Positions 46,151 to 56,959 of a stretch of DNA of 64,000 nt are shown here, piece after piece. This DNA is from Calditrichia bacterium (GTDB lineage: Bacteria; Calditrichota; Calditrichia; JAJRVZ01), in contig CAVZSQ010000022.1 of NCBI GenBank assembly GCA_963777955.1, forward strand, positions 448,001-512,000. The letters run 5' to 3'. The translations under genes and the position numbers were made by a program. Positions within the stretch are counted from its first letter, which is position 1; each line of letters starts with the position of its first letter. The notes under the pieces were generated by a model that worked only from the letters and a program-made list of their open reading frames with translations, made no database searches and was not told the DNA's origin.

Positions 46151-46276
46151 TCATTCCGAATCCCGACTGGTCGGGATGAGGAATCTTCTTTCTCTATAAA
46201 ACATAGATTCCTCCTCGCCCCGATCTGTCTTGCCTGTCTGGTGTCAGGCCATCGGTCGGGGCTCGTCGGAATGACA
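46151..46276. repeat. Palindromic REP/MITE-like element
   Basis: TCATTCCGA...GAGGAATCT / AGATTCCTC...TCGGAATGA inverted arms. Confidence 0.8.
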
Positions 46277-46366
46277 TTTTCAGTAAGCCAGCATTCAAAC
46301 ATTTCAATAAATTATATCTTTCCCCCATTAGAATCCAAGTCTGAGGATTATAAGTAAGATAATATC

Positions 46367-48505
46367 TTATGGCAGAGGCCGAAGCCCTTCATATTTTACT
46401 ATCCATTTCCCGTTCCTGGGGAAACCGGGTGCTTTAATCGTTGGCGCACCATTCCAGCCTGCAGCCATCATGGCCACCGCGGTTAATAATCCTCCGTTGC
46501 CCGGTAAATATGCCGGTAGTGTTACCTGCTGGTAATTATGACCGTTATTAAGATACTTGTTTTTCGGGACATCCATTAGAAGAGCATCGACGGCCAGTTC
46601 CGGTTCGCCGCAACGGGCGGCGGTCATGGCCAGCAGCGGGTAATCCCAGCCCCACGTGCTTGACCAGTCCCATGACAGCATGACCTTTTTCAGAGTATTG
46701 CGCATAATAGTGGTATCGATTTTTTCATTAAGCAGCATGCCGAAGGCACCCAGCACCGTGGGATGGTCGCGGCGCTGGCTGCTGTCCGCAAATGCTTGTT
46801 GTAAGTTTTCAACGTTTTGATACAGCCCGTCCCGTTGCGGCAGAGTAGACAGGTTCTCGATGATCCGGCCCCAGCGGTCAATCGGCGGCAATTTCAGCCG
46901 CTCGCGCCATTTTTGAGCGGTTTTCAGACCGAAGGCCCAATAGGCCAGTTCAAAAGCTGGATTTATTGTTGAATCCGGATGGTAAATTTCCTGGGCTGGA
47001 ATTAACGGAGGGCCCAGCACATATCTATGATTCAGCGAATCCCATTTGGTAAAGGAAGCCATAAACTCGGCAGTAGCGAATACGAGATTCTGATATTTTT
47101 CGAGAATAGCGCGATCTGCATTCTGTTGATACAGAAGTTCGGCGTAATAAATCGGGTGCGGTTGCTGCCAGATCAGGTATACACCGATTGCCGAAGGGCT
47201 TTCCTGCCCGTCACAGCCAACCATTTTCGGCCAGCGCACGCCGGCATAGCCCTGTCGTTGTGCTGTTTCTCCGGCCAGGGTTAAAATGGATTCGTACCAG
47301 CCGAAGGTTTTTTCCAAAAATTCCGGTTTTCCCCACAGGGCAAAATGAACTGCATGCCACCAGTGCATTTCCAGGTGAAATTTGCCGTACCAGCTGTTGC
47401 AGGTCAGTCCGGTTTCCTGGGGTGGCACTGAACCGGCGCACTGGATGGCGGTAAGATAACGGGACAGGATAATGCGTCTTTCCAATTCATGGGCTCGGGG
47501 ATCTTTGCTCTGTGACAGATCGATGGCACCGCCGGTTTCCCAGAAATTTAGCCAGGCGGCTCTGGAGTTGATTATGGTACTTCCAGCATCAGAATGTAAT
47601 ACATGTTTTTCAGGACTGAATCCAACACTGAATTCGAGTTGAGTTCCGCTATCAGCGGAAAGTATGAAGTAATGTTTTTTTAACCGATTAAAATTTGCCC
47701 GGCCCGACCAATAAACTTCGACATAATATTTCGTGGAATCCAGAGTACGTTCGATCAGGACAGAGTGTTCGTCCCGGCTGACGATAGCCGAGGTATGCCT
47801 GTTCGGGTTATTCCAGTCGGCGCCGTCCCCGCCCCAGGCTAATGAACCGTAGGGAAAATCGAAGCAAATGGCGAGACGTTTTTTTTGTATAAGTTTGGAC
47901 AACACTCGCACGCCGATTTGATTGCACTTCGGATCGCAGGCGGTTACCACAAGAACTGAATCATTATCGATTCCGAAAGAGCTCTTGATAATTCCGCTCC
48001 ATATATCCAGTTTTTGATGGATATTTTGCAGATCAGTGGGTTGTGCCGGTTCTCCGGATAATTTTTCGATTTTAAAACCGATGCGGCCGAGGTTCAGGCG
48101 GTGTGGGTTGGCGCGCAGCCACTGTCCGGCAGGTGAGTCTTGCTGTGATGCATATGGAACCGTTTTTCCGTAGGCCTTATGATACTCATAGGTTTGGTTC
48201 AAAGTATAATTGTGTGGATTTGGGAAAGAGTGCCAGCACCATTGGGCCATGGTACTCAGGGGAATGCCGGCTTTGTATTTTTCCGGGAAAGTTTGCAGTC
48301 CGGTTATATCTGCCGTAAAGGCAAATTCTCCATTGCCGACTGAGAAGGGGGAGAGGGAATCGATGCTCGTGTTCACCGGGATATGACGGGTGACCAGGGT
48401 CCGGCGGTCGATGCGGACAGGATTATCGGCAGGCCGGCAGGAGATACAAAGAAGGATAATTGTCGAAACCAGGATGTTGATTAAGGGATTTGAAGTCTGA
48501 TTCAT
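46367..48505 (-). CDS. Lipoprotein glycoside hydrolase with (alpha/alpha)6 barrel (GH65/GH95-like)
   Basis: SVGNGEFAFTADITGLQ, NSWYGKFHLEMHWWH, TWGWDYP, YLPGNGGLL. Confidence 0.7.
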   Translation of the reverse strand: MNQTSNPLINILVSTIILLCISCRPADNPVRIDRRTLVTRHIPVNTSIDSLSPFSVGNGEFAFTADITGLQTFPEKYKAGIPLSTMAQWCWHSFPNPHNYTLNQTYEYHKAYGKTVPYASQQDSPAGQWLRANPHRLNLGRIGFKIEKLSGEPAQPTDLQNIHQKLDIWSGIIKSSFGIDNDSVLVVTACDPKCNQIGVRVLSKLIQKKRLAICFDFPYGSLAWGGDGADWNNPNRHTSAIVSRDEHSVLIERTLDSTKYYVEVYWSGRANFNRLKKHYFILSADSGTQLEFSVGFSPEKHVLHSDAGSTIINSRAAWLNFWETGGAIDLSQSKDPRAHELERRIILSRYLTAIQCAGSVPPQETGLTCNSWYGKFHLEMHWWHAVHFALWGKPEFLEKTFGWYESILTLAGETAQRQGYAGVRWPKMVGCDGQESPSAIGVYLIWQQPHPIYYAELLYQQNADRAILEKYQNLVFATAEFMASFTKWDSLNHRYVLGPPLIPAQEIYHPDSTINPAFELAYWAFGLKTAQKWRERLKLPPIDRWGRIIENLSTLPQRDGLYQNVENLQQAFADSSQRRDHPTVLGAFGMLLNEKIDTTIMRNTLKKVMLSWDWSSTWGWDYPLLAMTAARCGEPELAVDALLMDVPKNKYLNNGHNYQQVTLPAYLPGNGGLLTAVAMMAAGWNGAPTIKAPGFPRNGKWIVKYEGLRPLP

Positions 48506-48674
48506 GATGTTTGTATTATAATAAAATCATTATAAGGAATTCTGGACAAAGGGTAAAGGGAAAAGGGGAAAGTCGGAGGCATGGCGCAAGCCAGGCCGTA
48601 GATCTGCCGCAAGGCAGAGGAAATGGGAAAAATCGAAGCAGGCGGAATTTATGCCAGGAATGGAAAAAGCATTT

Positions 48675-48712
48675 CACGGAGTTACACGGAGCAGACACGG
48701 AGATCCACGGAG
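48675..48712 (+). repeat. CACGGAG x4 spaced 10-11 bp apart
   Basis: Copies at 48675, 48685, 48696 and 48706; AAAGGG-type 7-mers at 48547-48572. Confidence 0.8.
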
Positions 48713-48851
48713 AAAATAAATTTAGAATTAGAAATAAATACTTTGATTCCTGGTGCCCGATATTTAAAATCTATTTTCGCTAATAGTGATTAAAGTTGTA
48801 AATGAAATTCGAATAATAAGCCCCGTCAGGGACGATTCTCTGTTTTACTTA

Positions 48852-49214
48852 TTAAAACAAACCATTCTCGTTGGGGGAATCTTTCAACTCCTCCTGAGAG
48901 GCCTCCCACGATTCAATTATTTTATCTTCATGAAAACGGAAAATGTGTATGACTCCATACACCTTCGGTTTCAGCACCACTTTTCCGTGAACGGCAACCA
49001 GGTCACCGTCCTCGAGCGCATGCAGCACTTCGTAGGTTTTATCCGGGAACTGTCTGGAGTTTTCTTCCATGGCCTGCAACAGCGATTCCCGGTCCCCTTT
49101 GAAGTACACCAGGTGATGCTTGAAATCCGGGTGAATATATTCGTCATAGGCCTGGCGCGCCCGGCCGGATGATGCGGATTTCAGGAATGAAATGGCAATT
49201 ACCTTTTTATTCAT
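48852..49214 (-). CDS. SnoaL/NTF2-like protein
   Basis: EDGDLVAVH, HIFRF...KIIESW. Confidence 0.8.
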   Translation of the reverse strand: MNKKVIAISFLKSASSGRARQAYDEYIHPDFKHHLVYFKGDRESLLQAMEENSRQFPDKTYEVLHALEDGDLVAVHGKVVLKPKVYGVIHIFRFHEDKIIESWEASQEELKDSPNENGLF

Positions 49215-49338
49215 AATTCTTCTTCTCCTGTCTTAATTTAAGATTCATACTCGATTTCGCAAATATAATGAACACCTGCTTTGGAAATTGCTTTTTTCCC
49301 GGAGCGTATGTATACTCAGCTACAACAACGCCAACACC

Positions 49339-50430
49339 ATGATATATATTGCAGGAATCAGCATAGCAGTATTTTTTGAATTCTTACTTATCACCAAGAA
49401 GAACAAATCCGAGGCGGATAAGATTCTGGTTTTGTGGATGTTTCTGATTACCGTTCACCTTTTCCTGTTTTATCTATCCTTCAGCAAAGAGATCTATAAT
49501 TACCCGTTCCTGCTCGGGGTGAATTTGCCACTGCCCCTGCTGCATGGCGTTTTCTTGTACCTTTATGTCGGTTCGGTCACCAGTCAGTTGCCCGCAGGAA
49601 GGAATCTTCTGTTCATACATTTTATACCCGCCGTCGTCACTTATCTGTACCTGATCGCCTTCTTTGTCCTGCCGGCCGATCAGAAAATCCTGGTATTCAA
49701 AAACCGCGGGGCGGGTTATGAGGTTTTCAATACGATCAGAGTCATTGCCGTTTGTATCTCGGGAATCGTTTATATTGCATGGTCAGGTTGGCTGCTCCGG
49801 AAACACAGGCGCCGTATACTGGATAAATTCTCTTATCAGGAAAAAATTGATCTGCACTGGCTTCGGATCCTGACCTGGGGCCTGGGGGGTATCTGGCTTC
49901 TTGTTCTCTATGGAAATGACGGCCTGGTATTCGGAGGGGTCGCGGTATTAGTGTTCCTGATCGGCTTTTTCGGAATCCGGCAGGTCAGGATTTTCACCCC
50001 GGATAAGGTCACCCCGGCTGGGGTAACCCTGTCCGGGCAGGAACAGAAGGGAAAATATGCCAGATCGGGATTGACCAGGGAACTGTCGGAAAAACTTTAT
50101 CAGGAATTGCTTCGCCTGATGAATGAAGAGTTCATCTACAGAAAGAGCGATCTCTCCGCAGACGATCTGGCCTCACGACTCAAGACGCACCCCAACTATC
50201 TCTCGCAGATCATCAATGAGAAAGAAGGGAAGAATTTTTACGATTTTGTCAACCACTATCGCCTTGAAGAGTTCAAACAACTGCTCTCCAATCCCAAAAA
50301 CCGGAATCTCACCCTGCTTTCACTGGCCTTCGACTGCGGATTCAATTCCAAATCCTCGTTTAACCGCTATTTTAAAAAAGCGACCGGCCAAACACCCTCG
50401 GAGTATTTCACAGACCTGAACAAGCCGTAA
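49339..50430 (+). CDS. AraC-family regulator with N-terminal membrane domain (Bacteroidota-like)
   Basis: Multiple TM segments; YLSQIIN...NFYDFVN.YR, LAFDCGFNSKSSFNRYFKK. Confidence 0.9.
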   Translation: MIYIAGISIAVFFEFLLITKKNKSEADKILVLWMFLITVHLFLFYLSFSKEIYNYPFLLGVNLPLPLLHGVFLYLYVGSVTSQLPAGRNLLFIHFIPAVVTYLYLIAFFVLPADQKILVFKNRGAGYEVFNTIRVIAVCISGIVYIAWSGWLLRKHRRRILDKFSYQEKIDLHWLRILTWGLGGIWLLVLYGNDGLVFGGVAVLVFLIGFFGIRQVRIFTPDKVTPAGVTLSGQEQKGKYARSGLTRELSEKLYQELLRLMNEEFIYRKSDLSADDLASRLKTHPNYLSQIINEKEGKNFYDFVNHYRLEEFKQLLSNPKNRNLTLLSLAFDCGFNSKSSFNRYFKKATGQTPSEYFTDLNKP

Positions 50431-50765
50431 CCGGGTATCATAATCACCGGCACGGGCCGTTCCGCTTCAATTTTTTTCCCCGCTGAACCGTCTATCGACG
50501 GTCGTGTCCGGAGTGTCATCCTGCAAGGGGGGACCACAACTGTAGTTTCATCTTCCACGCTGCGACGAAAAGCGTTTTTACACATCGTATCTTATCCCGG
50601 AATTAATTTTAGAAGGCAGTATTAAACAAATGGTAATTAACGAAAGAAATCTTATGAATAAAGTAAGGAGAATCAATTATGCAGGTTATAAAAATTTATC
50701 AATGGGTGCAACAGAAACAAGTCCTAAATAAAATCAATCAATTAACCAAACAGGAGGAGTACATT

Positions 50766-51790
50766 ATGAAGAAAACAACCGGATTTTTCGTAACAGCAAC
50801 CCGTTGGAGTCTGCAGGTATTATACCTGACTTTAGCAGCGCTCTTTTCCATTGTGAGTTCCTGTGATATCATGGAACCTGCCGAGCCCGGTTTGCTGGTG
50901 CCCCGGACGGTGGATGAAGATCCTGATCTTCCTTCCATTACAGTAAACGGAGCGCAGTTGCATTCGGAAGATTTTGGACCACCTGACAGTGCCATCATAG
51001 TGGTGTTGCATGGTGGTCCCGGTAGTGATTACCGCTATTTGCTCAATTGCAAAGAATTCGCCAATCAGGGATATAGGGTGGTCTTCTACGATCAGAGAGG
51101 TTCCGGACTGTCGCAACGATTCCCGAAATCATCCTATAATTCCGTGCAAATAATGACGGATGAAGTGGAGGGTGTTATTGCTCACTACAGAACATCCCCG
51201 GCCCAAAAAGTATTTCTGTTGGGACATTCTTGGGGCGCCATGCTGGCTACCGCGTATGTCAATGAACACTCCAACAGCAATAGACTGGATTAATTCTGTG
51301 TGAACCGGGTGGTTTTATCTGGCAGGATGTGCTGGATTATGTCGGTCGTACCAGAGAGTTCGAAATTACCAGCGAGGCCTTGAATGATGTTACATATATG
51401 GATCAGTTTCTGACCGGCAGCGAGGATGAACATATTATCCTGGATTACAAATTTGCATTAATGGTCGGTTCTGATGTCAACGTTGGAAATGAAGGAATTC
51501 TACCAAATTGGAGGATGGGGGCGGTAATTAACAGTGCTTTGTTTGAATTGGGGAATAATGAAAAACCCGATTGGACGACCAATCTTGATCAGTACACGAT
51601 CAAAGTTTTATTCGTGTACAGTGAGCGCAATACAGCGTATGGTTACAACCACGCGCTCAAAGTGTCCTCTGCTTATCCCAATGTGCAATTATTTAAAGCC
51701 AACGGTGCAGGTCACGATATGCTTTCCTTTGAGACCGGTTGGAACAATACTTACCCGGTGATGCTGTCCTATTTAAACAATTTAAAATAA
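50766..51790 (+). CDS. Alpha/beta hydrolase lipoprotein (proline iminopeptidase-like), frameshifted near 51275
   Basis: HGGPG, YDQRGSG, GHSWG, AGHD; AGGAGG RBS. Confidence 0.82.
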
Positions 51791-51799
51791 GGTGAAAAT

Positions 51800-52470
51800 A
51801 TGAAAACTATAAAAATAATACTGGTCGCAGCCGCATTCATTTGCACTGCAAATTTCTCACTGGCGCAAAATATAAACTGGAGAGGTCTGAGCGCCGGGCA
51901 AATCCATTTGATCAACCTGAATATCGGCTGGGATTATGGTTCAACGATCGGAATCGGTTATGGTTACAAATTGAAAACGGATCATCCCGGTCGTACTGAA
52001 TGTCGATTTTTCGCTTGCCTTTCGGGAGCAAGCTGCTGGATGATTTCAAGGTAAAATTAGGAGGTCAGGCGGAATTATTAAGGCGGGGCAATTTTTCAGC
52101 GACGGTAAAAGCGTATGGAATATTCAGGCGCTACCAGAATGTTCTGGCCCGGCTGCTGAATTTCGGAAGCGAATTTTCAGGTGTTTGCGGGTATTACCGG
52201 CCGACCTGGTATGCAGCAGCGGAATTCGGTTTTGACAAGGCCATCACGACACACATTAAGAACAGCGCCAGGATGAGGGAAAACTATCCGCAGGTAAAGG
52301 ACGGCTGGTACATTCCGACCGCAGGGAATTTCTTTTATGGAATCCAGGCCGGTTACTCGTTTGAGCGCTATGATGTTTATTTAAAGTTGGGCAAAACGGT
52401 AACACAGGATTTGAAAACGACGGCGCTGATTCCTTTTTATCTTCAACTGGGCTTGAACAGTAAATTGTAG
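51800..52470 (+). CDS. Hypothetical secreted or outer-membrane protein, frameshifted
   Basis: Signal peptide and alternating beta-strand pattern across ORFs 51800 and 52000. Confidence 0.6.
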
Positions 52471-52576
52471 GGATAAGATGAAATCAAATATGGCGAAGAT
52501 CATAGAAAAAATCATAGCGTGGCTGATTCTGGTATTAAGCCTGACTCTGCTGGTCTTCGCCATTTATCTTTATTAT

Positions 52577-53158
52577 TCAGACCCTTAACCAGCCGCGGAA
52601 GCCTCTGACAGCATAATAAGACTCCGCGCCGTTGTGATATACAAAGACAGTATCATAGCGGCGATCGCAAAAGAGGGCCCCGCCGAGTTTTCTGATGTCG
52701 GCGGGTGTTATAATCCAGCTCGAAGTTTTCGTATCAAACTCGCCAAGTTTTTGCATCTCCCGGTATTGTTCTTCGGTCAGAATCTCAATACCCATGGCAG
52801 CAGCCATATCGACAGCATTGTCTGCGGGTTTATGTTCCTTCCTTGACCTCAGCGCCTCACCGTCGAAGCAAACACTTCGGCGGCCTTTGGGACTTTCCGC
52901 CGAGCAGTCATAAAAAATGTATTGGCCGGTCTTTTTATCAAAATCAACCACATCCGGTTCACCGCCGGTTATTTCCATTTCACTGAGCGACCACAGTTTT
53001 TCAGGATTTACTTCCAGTCTGGCTTTTACTTCAGCCCAGCGAAGACCTTTATGGCGGTTCATGCTTTGTTCAAAGCGGGTCTTCAATATTTTAAACAGTT
53101 CTTCGCGTTGTACCGGCGACAAGTCCCCTTTATCTCTGATATTATTTCTCTTTGTCAT
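52577..53158 (-). CDS. DUF4256-like protein
   Basis: ME.TGGEPDVV, ESPKGRRSVC, YHNGAESYY..RGFRG. Confidence 0.82.
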   Translation of the reverse strand: MTKRNNIRDKGDLSPVQREELFKILKTRFEQSMNRHKGLRWAEVKARLEVNPEKLWSLSEMEITGGEPDVVDFDKKTGQYIFYDCSAESPKGRRSVCFDGEALRSRKEHKPADNAVDMAAAMGIEILTEEQYREMQKLGEFDTKTSSWIITPADIRKLGGALFCDRRYDTVFVYHNGAESYYAVRGFRGWLRV

Positions 53159-53350
53159 ATTAAGCCCCCTTTATTGCATTAACTCCTGAGAGCCCTTATT
53201 TATTTTTACTTTACGAAAAATATCTTTTGATTTGTGTATAAAAGTGCCATAATGCCTAACCCGGCATTTGCCGAATGGGCCGAGTAACGCATTTATTCAT
53301 TGATATATCATGTAAATGATACTATATTGATACATGCAAAAGGAATCCCT

Positions 53351-53623
53351 ATGACCATTATTAAACCCATATCAGACTTACGTAACAAAGCCAATGAAAT
53401 CTCTGACATCGTACACCGTGAGAAAAAGCCGGTATTCATCACAAAAAACGGTGAAGGAGATATGGTTGTGATGTCTATTGATACTTTTGATTTACTTCAA
53501 AAAAAGCTTGAACTATTCAGCAAGCTCTCGGTTTCACAATCTCAACGAGCCTCCGGTGAGCGAGGGCGAACACTGCCGCAGGTAATGAAGGAGGTCCGTA
53601 AGAGGATGCGCAGTGCCCGCTGA
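53351..53623 (+). CDS. Phd/YefM-family antitoxin
   Basis: IKPISDLRN...PVFITKNGEGDMVVMS. Confidence 0.9.
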   Translation: MTIIKPISDLRNKANEISDIVHREKKPVFITKNGEGDMVVMSIDTFDLLQKKLELFSKLSVSQSQRASGERGRTLPQVMKEVRKRMRSAR

Positions 53624-53917
53624 GTATGAAGTTCGTCTATTACGCGTTGCTGAAGAAGATTTTATTGAAATCATTTCGTTTATCTCACAGGAGAGTCCTG
53701 CCGGGGCTGAAAAATTAGCCACACTAATTGAAACAAGCCTCATACGTTTATCCAATCATCCTCATTTAGGACGTGTTCCCAATGAACCCGAGCTGCCGGC
53801 GCCGGATTCCGAATTTTGATCGTGGAAAATTATTTAATCTTTTACACCATTGAAGAAATTACGATTTACGTTCATCGGATCATTCACGGTGCACGGGATT
53901 ATAAAAGAGTCCTTTAA
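53613..53917 (+). CDS. RelE/ParE-family toxin, frameshifted near 53800
   Basis: AEEDFIEII...LSNHPHLGR, then shifted frame FRILIVENYLIFY...RIIHGARDY. Confidence 0.85.
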
Positions 53918-53926
53918 AAAGAATTA

Positions 53927-54349
53927 TTATCTATACTTCGTTTGCAGGTAATCAATTGTCGTCTTCATGAGTTTCTTCAGAGCGTCCAGATTGATGTCGG
54001 ATAATTTCTTGACGTAGATGCAGGCTTTTCCCATTTTAAATTTCCCCAACCCCTGCAATAGATATTCATGTTCTTTGGCGCCTGTATATACATAGAGTGA
54101 AATGGCAGCCTTGCGCGGTGAAAATCCTATCAACGGCCAATCCCCCTCCTGGCGGCTTCTCTCCGATTTGTAGTGATAACTGCCGAACCCGATGATGGAC
54201 GGTCCCCACATTTTTGGCTTGTGACCGGTAAAATCCTGCATCAGTTTTAACAACTCAAAACTATCCTGGCGTTTTTGTTCGCTATCGGCGAACGCTTTGA
54301 TAAACTCGCTGACACTGGCTTTGGTTTGTTTTGTCTTCAGTTCTGCCAT
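53927..54349 (-). CDS. DUF1801 (YdhG-like) protein
   Basis: MWGPSIIGFGSYHY, GFSPRK, LGKFKMGKACIY. Confidence 0.85.
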   Translation of the reverse strand: MAELKTKQTKASVSEFIKAFADSEQKRQDSFELLKLMQDFTGHKPKMWGPSIIGFGSYHYKSERSRQEGDWPLIGFSPRKAAISLYVYTGAKEHEYLLQGLGKFKMGKACIYVKKLSDINLDALKKLMKTTIDYLQTKYR

Positions 54350-54811
54350 GGTTGTAATATCCTTATAATATTGCGTTTTAATTGCTGAATTAATTCAACG
54401 GCTGTTAAAATTCATGCTACATATTTAACGACGGTTACTGTTTATCAATTCCCGGCGCGGCAGCGGGAGATTTCCCCCGCTGCTGAAAAGTTATTCTTTT
54501 CTTTGGGCTGTTATGAAAGAAGATCCGGGGGATCGTTTTAAATGGGTCAAGCTGACGGAAGTAAATCCATTATTTTCCAGTCAGTTTTTTACGATGTCGA
54601 AATAATAGGATCGTCCGCATTGAATTATATTCCTTGATTTCGGGATCGGATCAACCCATTTTTCCAATGAATCCAGGGTTGAGTTGACATCTGTTTTCCG
54701 CCGGCTTTTAGCCGCAGGCCTGCCGGCGAAGTTTCATATTAATCGCGGTTTGCGGCACAAGTTGGGTAAAACGGGCTCTTGCATCGCCGTAGCCTCTTGA
54801 GGCAAAGCGAG

Positions 54812-55162
54812 TCATCGCCGGAGAATCTTGTCCATAGCCTTTCCTTTTGCGAGCTCATCAATCAGCTTGTCTAAGTAACGTACCTGTTGCATAAGTGGAT
54901 CTTCGATTTCTTCTACGCGAATACCGCAGACCACGCCCTTGATAAGCGAACTATTCGGATGAATGGCCGGGGCTTGAGCAAAAAAAGTCTCAAAGTCGTT
55001 CTCGTGTTCGATCTGCTGCTTTAATCCTGCTGCGTCATAGCCCGTCAACCAGCAAATGATCTGGTCAACTTCTGCTTTCGTGCGATTTTTTCGTTCCGCT
55101 TTTTGCACGTACAGCGGATATACCTTAGCAAATGATATCGTGAAAATGTTATGCTTAGCCAT
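54812..55162 (-). CDS. DUF2200-like protein
   Basis: [32 protein letters not shown]. Confidence 0.85.
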   Translation of the reverse strand: MAKHNIFTISFAKVYPLYVQKAERKNRTKAEVDQIICWLTGYDAAGLKQQIEHENDFETFFAQAPAIHPNSSLIKGVVCGIRVEEIEDPLMQQVRYLDKLIDELAKGKAMDKILRR

Positions 55163-55194
55163 CGTAACTCCTCCTGCTGGATTGTGCCCAGTTG

Positions 55195-55270
55195 TGCATA
55201 ACGTTTAGCCTGACACTGCAGTGCTGTTGCGAACTCAAGAATGAGGCGCCAACGTTTTGCACGTTATGCA
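55195..55270 (-). repeat. attC-like site (76 bp)
   Basis: Terminal 10-bp inverted repeat TGCATAACGT...ACGTTATGCA between two co-oriented genes. Confidence 0.65.
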
Positions 55271-55290
55271 TCCGGGTCCCGCCGCCGATG

Positions 55291-55848
55291 TCACGTATGT
55301 TTTCTATAATGAAGTGCAACGACTCCGGATTGAAGAGTTTTCGAGTCAATAAAGTCCAGCCGAAGCGTGTTTTGGAGCATCACGGTTTCGAATAACCGCG
55401 GCCCTCTTCCAGCGACAACCGGGTGAATCACGAACCGATACTCGTCAATCAAACCGAGCCCGGAAAGCTGGGATGCAATGCTCAAGCTTCCTACACAGAT
55501 GTCCTTTCCAGGCTGCTGCTTCAGGGTGAGCACCTCTTGCGCAAGGTTCGCGCGCACGATTCTCGTGTTGTTATCCTCAACGTGGTTCAATGTCGTGGAG
55601 AATACGACCTTATTGAGCGAGTCGAACACGCGGGCGAATTCATTGCATGCCGCCGTCTCCGATTGCGTTTTGGCAATTTCCGGCCAATACGGGACCATCA
55701 GTTGGTATGTTATCCGGCCGTAGAGGAGGAGGCTCGCATTGCGCAGCACTTCTGTGAAATACTCGTGCAACTCTTCATCGGCAATCCCGTCGGTGTGGCT
55801 GCAGTATCCGTCAGCGGTAATATTGATCCCAAAAACAACCTTTCTCAT
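55291..55848 (-). CDS. Dihydrofolate reductase / RibD C-terminal family protein
   Basis: [36 protein letters not shown]. Confidence 0.85.
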   Translation of the reverse strand: MRKVVFGINITADGYCSHTDGIADEELHEYFTEVLRNASLLLYGRITYQLMVPYWPEIAKTQSETAACNEFARVFDSLNKVVFSTTLNHVEDNNTRIVRANLAQEVLTLKQQPGKDICVGSLSIASQLSGLGLIDEYRFVIHPVVAGRGPRLFETVMLQNTLRLDFIDSKTLQSGVVALHYRKHT

Positions 55849-55895
55849 AGATCTCCTTATGTGATGTTACGTAACAAATTCAAAGACCGCATCTC

Positions 55896-55938
55896 GCATA
55901 ACGTTTTAGTGTATAAGCAGTGGCGGTATTCGGAGCGC
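55896..55938 (-). repeat. Right half of a long attC-like element
   Basis: Minus strand CCGCCACTGCTTATACACTAAAACGTTATGC resembles the right arm of 58647-58778. Confidence 0.6.
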
Positions 55939-56770
55939 CTACCTATCAGTATAATCTTTTACAAATGCTTTTATTTCCATAATTGCTTTTTGTGATTGGT
56001 CTGTATGAATATTTTCCAAAGGCCAGACATGAGACTGCCGGTTATAGATACTAAGTTTAGTCCTGGCCCGGCTCTCCACAATTTTATTATAAAGTGATTT
56101 ACTGTCATCCAATAAAATTTCATCAGAACCTACTAATATCAGTGTTGCTGGAAATTTCTCAGGCAGATTCTCTGCTGGATTTAACTTTGATAAATCCTGT
56201 TCACCAATGTATAAAGCAGCCAGCTCTAACAATCGTTCTTTTTTCAAAACAGGATCTTTGCCGGCATTCTCTGTTATTGAGCTGTTTGTGCAAGCCAAAT
56301 CTATCCAGGGAGAAATCATTATCATAAATTCAGGTGGTTGCAGATCGTGTTCAATTATTTTTGATAACAAAGATACTGACAATCCGGCACCGGCACTATC
56401 GCCCATCAAAATAATTTCATTTTCCGGATACTGGCTGAGTATTGATCGATATACCTTCAATACGTCATTTACAGCAGTCGGAAAAGGTTTCTCCGGAGCC
56501 AGACTATATTCAATGAATAAAAATGATAAAGCCATTTCATTGGCCAGATGACTTACCAGTGCCTGATGTGAACGAATTGATCCCAGCACAAAGCATCCCC
56601 CGTGCAAATAAATCGCAATTTTATTTGAATTTATTTTTTCTTTTTTCCTGAACCAATAGCAATCAATATTTTCAATTACAACTTTATCAATTTTCACATC
56701 CTTCAGCTGGAGGATAAATATCGCCCAACTTCTCAAAGTCGATACGAGATTGAATTATATTATTATACAT
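55939..56770 (-). CDS. HSL-family alpha/beta hydrolase (esterase), frameshifted near 56700
   Basis: YLHGG, YSLAPE, GDSAG, ISPW; ATG at 56770 lies in another frame. Confidence 0.82.
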
Positions 56771-56959
56771 ATTATGCAATACTATTATACGTAATAACTA
56801 CCTTCTGTAATTCATATTCACCACTTGGAATAAGTGGGTTGATACACTTGAAATCTGTTGAGATTCTTGCCAATTCGGGAGCAAGCGAGTTCGTTCGCGA
56901 CTTTCCCGAAATGCACCCGGGCATCGTGGAAGCGAACCACAAATACTCTGTTATACGCC

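Noticed and set aside
46003..46357. ORFs 46003-46302 and 46082-46357
   Set aside because: Both are readings through a palindromic repeat element
48511..48783. Small ORFs in the 48.5-48.8 kb gap
   Set aside because: Translations are dominated by short tandem repeats with no family motif
55291..55848. dfr trimethoprim-resistance cassette
   Set aside because: Motifs fit the RibD C-terminal-like family rather than DfrA/FolA; resistance cannot be inferred
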